From assembly GCA_963781585.1 (NCBI GenBank), contig CAWAGQ010000003.1:128001-192000 (forward strand): a stretch of DNA of 64,000 bases, given 5' to 3'. The stretch is from an uncultured Gemmatimonadaceae bacterium. GTDB lineage: Bacteria; Gemmatimonadota; Gemmatimonadetes; Gemmatimonadales; Gemmatimonadaceae. Every line of letters starts with the position of its first letter. Positions within the stretch are counted from its first letter, which is position 1. Both the position numbers and the translations under genes were made by a program. Shown piece after piece: positions 40,680 to 48,392 of this stretch. Below the pieces are notes generated by a model. It had not been told where the DNA came from. It saw nothing but the letters and a program-made list of their open reading frames with translations, and did not search any database.

Positions 40680-41299
40680 CGCAGGCCACAACCGCGCAGG
40701 CCACACCGCAGGCACCCACGCCGCCGGCGACGCCGGCGCAAACGCTCGATCAACAGATCGAGAAGACGGTCAATGACGCGGTCAACCAGGCGCTGCAGGG
40801 CGCGCAAGCCGGCGCAAACGGGGCCGAGGCGGGTCGGCTGGCAGCTCAGCGCGTGAAGGAGGCGATGGCGCGGGTGCGGGCCGAGATGGACGCGCGGGCC
40901 AACGGCGGGATTGCCGGTGTGGCGCAGGGGCCGGTGTTTCCGGCCGATGTGATCCCGCCGCAGGTCGTGGACATCACCACCGCCTTCTTCATCACCGTGG
41001 CGGTAATCGTCATCGGACTTCCGTTGGCACGGGCGATTGCACGAAGGATGGATCGCCGGGGCGCGCGGGAGGCGGTGGCACCACCACCCGAACTGGCGTC
41101 GCGGCTGGACCGGATCGAGCAGGGGATCGAGGCGATGGCGATCGAAGTGGAGCGAATCTCCGAAGGCCAGCGTTTCGCGACGCGGCTGATGTCGGAGATG
41201 CGGGGCCTGCCGGCGCCGAACCCGATGGCTGGACGAATGGCGCGCCCGGCGAACGAGGCGGAGCCGATTCCGGAACCGGCGGCCGAGCGCCGCGCCTAA
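40676..41299 (+). CDS. Single-TM coiled-coil protein with an N-terminal Ala/Gln-rich extension, paralog 4 of 4
   Basis: AGGAG RBS, ATGA overlap; TM helix then RLDRIEQGIEAMAIEVERISEGQRFATRLM. Confidence 0.85.
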   Translation: MTQATTAQATPQAPTPPATPAQTLDQQIEKTVNDAVNQALQGAQAGANGAEAGRLAAQRVKEAMARVRAEMDARANGGIAGVAQGPVFPADVIPPQVVDITTAFFITVAVIVIGLPLARAIARRMDRRGAREAVAPPPELASRLDRIEQGIEAMAIEVERISEGQRFATRLMSEMRGLPAPNPMAGRMARPANEAEPIPEPAAERRA

Positions 41300-41311
41300 C
41301 GAACTGCGGGC

Positions 41312-42709
41312 GTGGCCAGCGTTCTGATCATCGACGACGAGCCGAATATCCGGCGGATGGTCGGCGCCCTGCTGACCGCGGAAGGATACGAGGTGCGCGA
41401 CGCGCCCGACGGCGCGCGTGGTGTGGCGGTCGCGCTCGAAACGGACCCCGATGCCGCGCTGGTCGACCTGATGATGCCGGGCACCGTGGACGGCATGGGG
41501 GTGCTCTCGGCGCTGCGGGAAAGGCTCCCCGATCTGCCGATCATCATGATGAGCGGGCGTGCCGGGTTGGCGGACGCGGTGCGGGCCACCAAGCTGGGTG
41601 CGCACAATTTTCTGGAGAAGCCGTTGACGCCGGAGGGAGTGCTGCTGGCGCTTTCCTCGGCGATCGAGTTGCGACGGGCGCGCCGTGAAGCGCAGGCGCT
41701 GCGGGCCGACCTCGGCCTCTCGATCGAAATGGTCGGTGGCAGCACCGGGATGCGCCGCCTGCGCGAACTCATCGGCCGGATTGCCCCGACCGACGCGCGG
41801 GTGCTGATCTCGGGCGAGTCGGGGACGGGGAAGGAGCTGGTGGCGGTCGCGATCCACAACGGGAGTGCGCGGCGCGACCGTCCGTTCGTGCGCGTGAACT
41901 GCGCCGCCATTCCACGCGACCTGGTGGAGAGCGAGATGTTCGGTCACGAGCGGGGGAGTTTCACCGGCGCGACTGAGCGGAGGATCGGACGGTTCGAGCT
42001 GGCACATCGCGGCACGCTCCTGCTCGACGAGGTCGGCGACCTGGGACCCGAGGCGCAGGCGAAACTCCTGCGGGCGATCGAAGCACGGGAGATCGAACGC
42101 GTGGGCGGCACCAAGCCCATTCCGATCGACGTGCGTGTCATCGCCGCGACCAACAAGGACCTCCAGCGGACGGTTCGCGAGGGTGCATTTCGCGAGGACC
42201 TGCTGTTCCGTCTGAACGTGATCCCGGTGGAGGTGCTCCCGCTGCGCGAGCGCCCCGACGACATTCCCGATCTCGTCAGGCACTTCTCCGCGTTGCACCG
42301 CGTGCGGACCGGACAGGCGTTTCCCGCCTGGCAGAGCGACGCGCTCTCCGCCCTCCAGCGATACCGATGGCCGGGCAACGTGCGGGAACTGGCGAACATC
42401 GTGGAGCGGTTGGCGATCCTCCACGCCGGCCAGCCGGTGACGGCCCATCAGGTTGCGCAGGTGCTGCCGATCGAGGAATCGCCGGGCACGATGGCGCCGG
42501 CCACGCTGCCCGACCCCACCGGCCTCGAGGCGCCCCTCACCGACCTGCTCGACGAGTACGAGCGCCTGCTGATCACGCGGGCGCTCACCTCGGCGGGAGG
42601 CAACGTGGCCGAAGCGGCACGACGCCTGCGGACCGACCGGCCGAACCTCTACCGTCGAATGAAGCGCCTGGGGATCGCGCTCGAGGCGGGGATGACACAC
42701 ACGGCGTGA
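41312..42709 (+). CDS. sigma54-dependent response regulator (NtrX-like)
   Basis: REC domain; GESGTGKE; GSFTGA; WPGNVREL; HTH NVAEAARRLRTDRPNLYRRM. Confidence 0.93.
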   Translation: MASVLIIDDEPNIRRMVGALLTAEGYEVRDAPDGARGVAVALETDPDAALVDLMMPGTVDGMGVLSALRERLPDLPIIMMSGRAGLADAVRATKLGAHNFLEKPLTPEGVLLALSSAIELRRARREAQALRADLGLSIEMVGGSTGMRRLRELIGRIAPTDARVLISGESGTGKELVAVAIHNGSARRDRPFVRVNCAAIPRDLVESEMFGHERGSFTGATERRIGRFELAHRGTLLLDEVGDLGPEAQAKLLRAIEAREIERVGGTKPIPIDVRVIAATNKDLQRTVREGAFREDLLFRLNVIPVEVLPLRERPDDIPDLVRHFSALHRVRTGQAFPAWQSDALSALQRYRWPGNVRELANIVERLAILHAGQPVTAHQVAQVLPIEESPGTMAPATLPDPTGLEAPLTDLLDEYERLLITRALTSAGGNVAEAARRLRTDRPNLYRRMKRLGIALEAGMTHTA

Positions 42710-42796
42710 CCTCGGCGGGGGACGCCGGCGAGTTGCCCGACGGTGCGCGTCGCCTGAACTTGTTGAGGTGCCGACCGTTCGCGCGGGGCGGCGATG

Positions 42797-42811
42797 GGGT
42801 ACGCATCGTGC
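42797..42811 (+). promoter_or_regulatory. Possible sigma54 promoter for the Omp85-like/DUF4390-like operon
   Basis: GGGTACGCATCGTGC has GG-N10-GC spacing but imperfect boxes; 37 nt before the ATG at 42849. Confidence 0.35.
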
Positions 42812-42848
42812 CAGCACGCGCTGACGTCCGCTTCGACACGGAGCCGTC

Positions 42849-44603
42849 ATGCGTCGCCTAACCCTGCTCCTGCCCGCGCTGGTCGTTCCGCTCGCCGCCC
42901 CCGGGCAGGTGCCCTCGGTCCAGCGCGAGACCGTTCAGGTGGTCGAGTCCCGGAGTATCCCGCGCGACATCGCCGACGACGTGTCACGCCTGTTCAATGC
43001 CTCCTCCACAACGCGCCTCACGGGGACGCAGCAGATCGACAGCGGCCAGGTGGTTTCGCAGGACATCGCCATTCTCGACGGGTCGCTCACAATCGCCGGC
43101 CACGTCGCCGGGCGGCTGGTGGCGATCAACTCCGCGGTGGTCCTGCTGCCGGCGGCACGGATCGATCGTGACGTGACGATTCTCGGCGGTACGTTCGACT
43201 CCCGCGATCCGGACAACGTTACCGGCGACGTGCGGGTCTACGGCGATCGCGTCAACGTGACCCACGAGGACGATCGCATCGTTGTGCACGGCGACCCGGA
43301 CAGCGATCAGTGGTTCCGCCGGCACAGGCGATGGGAGACGCGCGCGTGGAGCGATCTGCGGCTGGTCTCCGCCCGAACGTACAGCCGGGTGGAAGGGCTG
43401 CCCCTCCTGCTCGGGCCGCTGTTCGGCCGCGAGTTCTCCTGGGGCCGGGTGTCAGTGGACGCACTGGGAATCATCCGGAGCGCCGACCGCTTCGACTGGA
43501 AGAGCGAGAATCTCGGGCACAGCCTGAAGACCGAGATCAGCGTCGGGAAGCGCGGCGGGATTCGCGTTGGCGGCCAGCTGTTCGACCTGGTGGATGCGGT
43601 CGAGCCCTGGCAGCTGTCGGACGCGGAGAACGGCCTTGCGTCGTTCTTTCTGCACCGTGACTATCGCGACTACTTCGATCGACATGGTGGCGCCGTCTAC
43701 AGCACGCTGTTCCTGGGGAACACCACCGATCTCACGCTGCGCTACAGCGCCGAGCGCTGGGGATCGCGTGACGCCCGCACGCCGTTCACGCTCTTTCGCC
43801 AGACGCAGGACTGGCGTCCGAATCCGCAGCTCGACGACGGCACGGTGCATCTGGTGAACCTGACGCTGCGGTACGACACGCGGAACGACGAACTCGAGCC
43901 GCGGTCGGGCTGGTACGTCAGCGCCGACTTCGAACACGGAAGTGGCCAGAGCCTGATTCCGGGACCGGCCTCCTGGGCGGCGCGCTTCGGTGCGCTGGAC
44001 CCGATCTACAATCGCGGGCTGCTGGACGTGCGACGCTACAATCGCGTCGCACCGGACGGGCAGCTCAACCTGCGATTGGTTCTGGGCGGATGGTTGGGCG
44101 GTGACGACCTCCCGCTGGAGCGTCGGTTCTCGCTGGGCGGTCCCGGCACGTTGCCCGGGTACGATTTCCGGCGGATCGAAGGGGGGACCGACTACTGGCA
44201 GTGTTCCGCACCGCCGGCCGCTCCATCCGGCCCTCCTCCGGCGGCGTATCCGGCGGGTCTTCCGGCGCAGTGCCAGCGGATCGCGCTCGCGCAAGCCGAG
44301 TACCGCGGCGTGATTCACGTGGATCCGTTAGGCATACTTGGCGAGGAGCGGGTGCGGCGGCGGAGCGGCTGGGGACGGACCGCCGAGTGGGTCGTGTTCG
44401 CGGACATGGGACGGGGTTGGCTGGTAGGCGAGCGGTTCGGAGCCCTGCGGTACGGAAGCAATGCCATCCCGCCGCTCAACACGTTTCGCGGTGATCTCGG
44501 GGTCGGGATCCGGCTCGATGACGTCGGGGTGTACGCCGCCAAGGCGCTGTCCAACTCCCACACACCGGTGAACTTCTTCGTGCGCCTTCGGCCGCGCTTC
44601 TAG
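42849..44603 (+). CDS. Omp85/BamA-TamA-like outer-membrane protein with an N-terminal bactofilin-like beta-repeat region
   Basis: Signal peptide; G.L.I.G.V.G repeats; LRYDTRND, FSLGGPGTLPGY, VVFADMGRGW, C-terminal RLRPRF. Confidence 0.7.
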   Translation: MRRLTLLLPALVVPLAAPGQVPSVQRETVQVVESRSIPRDIADDVSRLFNASSTTRLTGTQQIDSGQVVSQDIAILDGSLTIAGHVAGRLVAINSAVVLLPAARIDRDVTILGGTFDSRDPDNVTGDVRVYGDRVNVTHEDDRIVVHGDPDSDQWFRRHRRWETRAWSDLRLVSARTYSRVEGLPLLLGPLFGREFSWGRVSVDALGIIRSADRFDWKSENLGHSLKTEISVGKRGGIRVGGQLFDLVDAVEPWQLSDAENGLASFFLHRDYRDYFDRHGGAVYSTLFLGNTTDLTLRYSAERWGSRDARTPFTLFRQTQDWRPNPQLDDGTVHLVNLTLRYDTRNDELEPRSGWYVSADFEHGSGQSLIPGPASWAARFGALDPIYNRGLLDVRRYNRVAPDGQLNLRLVLGGWLGGDDLPLERRFSLGGPGTLPGYDFRRIEGGTDYWQCSAPPAAPSGPPPAAYPAGLPAQCQRIALAQAEYRGVIHVDPLGILGEERVRRRSGWGRTAEWVVFADMGRGWLVGERFGALRYGSNAIPPLNTFRGDLGVGIRLDDVGVYAAKALSNSHTPVNFFVRLRPRF

Positions 44604-44626
44604 TGACGTTCCGACTTGGCTGAGCC

Positions 44627-45265
44627 GTGCGACCGCACGTCATTCTCGCCGCCCTCCTGTTCGCGGTGCCGGCGGCCGCGCAGGGCGGCCCGAAGCTCGA
44701 GATCACACTCCCGTCGCGTGACGCCCTGGCCACCGAGGGGCCGCGCGTGCGCGCTGTGAACGTGCTGTCGGAGCCGACGGTCCGGGATCTCCTGAACAGC
44801 GGATTCCCGGCACGCCTGCATTTCCGCGTCGAGCTCTGGTCTTCGGGCGGGTTGTTCAACGCGATGCGCGAAAGCGCCGAATGGGACGTGGTGGTGAGCT
44901 ACGACGCGCTCGGCAAGCGTTATCGCCTGGTGAGGCTGAACGACGGGCATGTCGTGTCGTCGCTGCAGTTCGTGAACTTCAGCGCCGCGCTGACGGAAGC
45001 GGAGCGCCCCTATCGTGTACCCATCGCCGCGCGCCGCCAGCGCGATCGACAGTACTACAATGCCGTGCTCGACGTCGAGACGATGTCGCTGGGAGACCTC
45101 GACGAGTTGCAGCATTGGCTGCACGGTGAACTCCAACCCGCGGTACGCGGGCAGCGGAATCCCGGCACGGCGATCGGACGGGGGCTGCGCGAGTTGTTTG
45201 CGCGACTGCTGGGCGCGGATCGTCGGAGCCTGGAGATCCGGTCGCGGACGTTTCAGGTGCCGTGA
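44627..45265 (+). CDS. DUF4390-like exported protein
   Basis: Signal peptide; LLNSGFPARLHFRVELW...SYDALGKRYRL. DUF4390 genes typically neighbour NtrY/NtrX-like pairs. Confidence 0.6.
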   Translation: MRPHVILAALLFAVPAAAQGGPKLEITLPSRDALATEGPRVRAVNVLSEPTVRDLLNSGFPARLHFRVELWSSGGLFNAMRESAEWDVVVSYDALGKRYRLVRLNDGHVVSSLQFVNFSAALTEAERPYRVPIAARRQRDRQYYNAVLDVETMSLGDLDELQHWLHGELQPAVRGQRNPGTAIGRGLRELFARLLGADRRSLEIRSRTFQVP

Positions 45266-45277
45266 ACGACGCGAACG

Positions 45278-45880
45278 TCAGCCGCCGCGCAGGGCGCGCG
45301 GCCGGCGATGCTCGAGATCCTCGAGCTGATGCAGGACCGTCGCGCCGTAGAAGAGCCGGATGTACTTGGCCTGAATCGGCGTGAGGCGGCGAACGGCCCA
45401 GCTGAGGTGGACGAAATGGGGCTCCACCGGGTGCGCCAGAGGATGCATCCCGATCTCTTCAGGCAACTTGTTTCCCTTGCGCGTGTTGCAGGGGCTGCAC
45501 GCCGTCACCACGTTGGTCCAGTCGTTGGTCCCGCCACGCGACAGCGGCACCAGATGATCGCGGGTGAGTGACTCGCGCGGCTTGAGCTCGGCCAGCGAAC
45601 GCCCGCAGAACTGGCAGCAGTAGTGGTCCCGCGCGAAGAGGAACGTGTTGGTGACCTGGCGGCGGAAACGGCGCGGCACATGTACGAAGTTCGTGAGGCG
45701 GATGACGGCCGGCCGCGGGATCGCGAGATGCTCGGACCGGACGGGGCGTTCCCCATCGGCCTCGACAATCTGCGCCTTCCCATCGATCACCAGGCGCAGG
45801 GCGCGCTTCAGGGGAACCATGGTGAGGGGTTCAAACGACGCATTGAGCGCCAGGCAGCCGACGATCACGCGGACCTCCAC
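45278..45880 (-). CDS. HNH endonuclease (McrA-like)
   Basis: LALNASFEPL, FARDHYCCQFCG, TRDHLVPLSRGG..W.NVVTACSPCNTRKG. Confidence 0.92.
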   Translation of the reverse strand: MEVRVIVGCLALNASFEPLTMVPLKRALRLVIDGKAQIVEADGERPVRSEHLAIPRPAVIRLTNFVHVPRRFRRQVTNTFLFARDHYCCQFCGRSLAELKPRESLTRDHLVPLSRGGTNDWTNVVTACSPCNTRKGNKLPEEIGMHPLAHPVEPHFVHLSWAVRRLTPIQAKYIRLFYGATVLHQLEDLEHRRPRALRGG

Positions 45881-45996
45881 CCGCTGTACCGTGTGGCTCC
45901 TCGCTCAGCGCGGACACCCACGGGAGCATTGCAGGGCAAACTATGGCACCATCCAGAGCCGTACAAGTTCCCGCTCGTCAGGCACCGTGGACGAAC

Positions 45997-46953
45997 TCAC
46001 TGTCCGGCGGCGGCTCCCACGGGCACGGGCGTCAGCCATCCGTAGCGGTCGGGAATCCTCCCCTTGGCGATACCCAGGTACCCCTCCTGCAGTTTCCGGG
46101 TAACGGGGCCGGGCTCGCCGGTGCCTACCGGGATGCGATCGACCGACCGCACCGGCGTGATCTCGGCGGCGGTGCCGCAGAAGAAGATCTCATCGGACAC
46201 GTACAGCATCTCGCGGGGCAGGTTTATCTCGCGCACCTCGTGTCCCATATCCCTGGCCAACTGGATAATCGTCTCCCGGGTGATGCCGTGGAGGATCCCG
46301 GCCGAGAGCGGTGAGGTGTACAGGACACCATCGCGCACGAGGAAGATGTTCTCACCGGTCCCTTCGGAGACGAACCCGAAGATGTCGAGGGTGATCGCCT
46401 CGAGATACCCGTCCTGCCGCGCTTCGATCTTGGAGAGCTGGGAGTTGAGGTAGTTGCCCGACGCCTTGGCGAGCGTGGGATAGGTATCAGGGGCCGCGCG
46501 ACGCCAGCTCGAGACGCAGGCGTCAGCGCCCTTGTCGAAGGCGTCACGGCCCAGGTACGTGTCCCACTTCCAGCAGATCACGTAGGTCTCCACCGGGACG
46601 CCGACCGGATAGAAGCCCATCTGCTCACCGGTTCGCATCACGATCGGCCGGATGTAGCAGTGTCGCAGTTCGTTGGCCGCCACGGTGTCGACGGTGGCCT
46701 GCACCAGATCGTCGACCGAATACTCGATGGGCATCCGGTAGATGCGGCACGAGTTGAGGAGTCTGCGCATGTGGTCGCGGAGGCGAAATACGGCACCGCC
46801 GTCGGGCGTTTCGTAGCAGCGGATCCCTTCGAAGACGCTGGACCCGTAGTGCGCCACGTGGCTGATGATGTGGATCGTGGCGTCTTCCCAGGCTACAAGC
46901 TCACCGTCACGCCAGATCTTCGCGGTACGCCCCGGGGTGCGGTCGTTGGTCAC
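45997..46953 (-). CDS. ilvE: Branched-chain amino acid aminotransferase
   Basis: HYGSSVFEGIRCY, AKASGNY, EGTGENIF, GITR, GTAAEITP. Confidence 0.96.
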   Translation of the reverse strand: MTNDRTPGRTAKIWRDGELVAWEDATIHIISHVAHYGSSVFEGIRCYETPDGGAVFRLRDHMRRLLNSCRIYRMPIEYSVDDLVQATVDTVAANELRHCYIRPIVMRTGEQMGFYPVGVPVETYVICWKWDTYLGRDAFDKGADACVSSWRRAAPDTYPTLAKASGNYLNSQLSKIEARQDGYLEAITLDIFGFVSEGTGENIFLVRDGVLYTSPLSAGILHGITRETIIQLARDMGHEVREINLPREMLYVSDEIFFCGTAAEITPVRSVDRIPVGTGEPGPVTRKLQEGYLGIAKGRIPDRYGWLTPVPVGAAAGQ

Positions 46954-47045
46954 CGTCTCCTCGCGCTGGATGGAGGAGTAAGGATAACCCGCGGCGCGCG
47001 TGACCGGCTAGGCGACGCGCACGCGCAACAGGGATGGTGATCGGG

Positions 47046-48392
47046 TCAGGCGTTTTCAGCGGCGAAGTGCTCCAGATCACGAGCGGTGTCTCGGACGACG
47101 GCAAGGTCGGATGCGGCGTCGCGGAGCAGACGTCCATCGCGGACCAGAACCTCGCCGGCGACCATCACCAGGCGAGCCACTCGTCCCGGTGCGGCGAACA
47201 CCAGCGCGCTCGCCGCCTCGAACGTGGGGGAATCGCGCAGGTCGTCCAGCGGGAACGCCGCGATGTCGGCCCCCTTGCCGACTTCGAGCGAGCCGACGCG
47301 GTCATCGAGGCCCACCGCGCGCGCCGCGCCCAGGGTCGCGAGTTCCAGCGCGTGCGTCGCGGACAGCGTGTCCGGACGCGTCAGTCGCGCGCGCTGCATC
47401 AGAATCGACAGGCGCGCCTCATCGAGCATGTCCATCCGGTTGTTGCTTGCCACCGAGTCGGTCCCCAACCCGACCCGGATCCCGGCGGCCAGGAACTCGG
47501 CGAGCGGGGCGATGCCGTGTCCGAGCTTCGCGTTCGACGCCGGGCAGTGCGCCACGGCGCACCCGGCGTCCGCGATCAGACGGATGTCCTCCCGATCCAC
47601 GCGCACGCAATGCACCAGCAGGGGGCGGGCGCGCAATGCGCCGACTCGTGCGAGGAGCCGGATGGGCGAGGCGGCGCGGGGCTCCGCGGCAATGCCGCGA
47701 GCGCGCAGAGCGTCAGCAAACGCACCGGTCGCGTCGCGCACCAGCGCTGTTTCCGCCTCGCTCTCGGCAGCATGAATGGCCATCGGCAGGGAACGGGCGA
47801 GCGCCAGATCGGTGGTGGCGGTGAATAGCGCGTCGCTGACCGAGTAGGGGGCGTGTGGCGACACGCCGGTGCACACCAGCGCGGTGTCGCCGGCGGCCAT
47901 CGCGTCCACGCGCTGGCGCAACCCGGCCATGGCCTCGTCGCACTGCTCCGCGCGCGGGCCGAAGACTTCCTGGTACACGACGCCGCGCACGCCCATCTCG
48001 CGCAGCGCCTGGTGCGGCACGCCCGACTCACTGGTGTCGGCGAACGACGTGACCCCGGACCGGAGCCCTTCCGCGATGCCCACGCGGGCCGCCGCGAGCA
48101 GCCGCTCCGGCGTGAGCACCGCCTGTCGCGCCTTCGTCAGGCGCAGGATCCAGGGGCGGAACGGCAGGTCCTCGAGAAACCCACGCATCGCGGTGAGTTC
48201 GAGGTGGGTGTGCGCGTTGACCAGGCCCGGCACCAGGATGCAGTCGCCCAGGTCGATCCGGTCACCAGCGGGCACTCCGGCGCGCGGGCCGACATACACG
48301 ATGCGCGCGTCCTCGACGGATACCGCCCCCTGCTCGATCGGTGGATGCGATACCGGGAGGACCCAGCGGGCCAGATAGGAGACCGAGGTCAG
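47046..48392 (-). CDS. Amidohydrolase, MTA/SAH deaminase-like; probable CTG start
   Basis: PGLVNAHTHLE, SPHAPYSV, IHAAES, HCPASNAKL, GLGTDS. The family N-terminus (YLARWVLPV) begins at the CTGA overlap with the PBP stop. Confidence 0.85.
   Translation of the reverse strand: MTSVSYLARWVLPVSHPPIEQGAVSVEDARIVYVGPRAGVPAGDRIDLGDCILVPGLVNAHTHLELTAMRGFLEDLPFRPWILRLTKARQAVLTPERLLAAARVGIAEGLRSGVTSFADTSESGVPHQALREMGVRGVVYQEVFGPRAEQCDEAMAGLRQRVDAMAAGDTALVCTGVSPHAPYSVSDALFTATTDLALARSLPMAIHAAESEAETALVRDATGAFADALRARGIAAEPRAASPIRLLARVGALRARPLLVHCVRVDREDIRLIADAGCAVAHCPASNAKLGHGIAPLAEFLAAGIRVGLGTDSVASNNRMDMLDEARLSILMQRARLTRPDTLSATHALELATLGAARAVGLDDRVGSLEVGKGADIAAFPLDDLRDSPTFEAASALVFAAPGRVARLVMVAGEVLVRDGRLLRDAASDLAVVRDTARDLEHFAAENA

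Noticed and set aside
39940..41190. CRISPR-like or DNA-level repeat array
   Set aside because: The repeats are conserved as protein and diverge at synonymous sites; there are no identical direct repeats or cas genes.
45278..45880. HNH gene as a mobile homing endonuclease or defence system
   Set aside because: It is the common stand-alone McrA-like chromosomal type, with no intron, methylase or mobility context.
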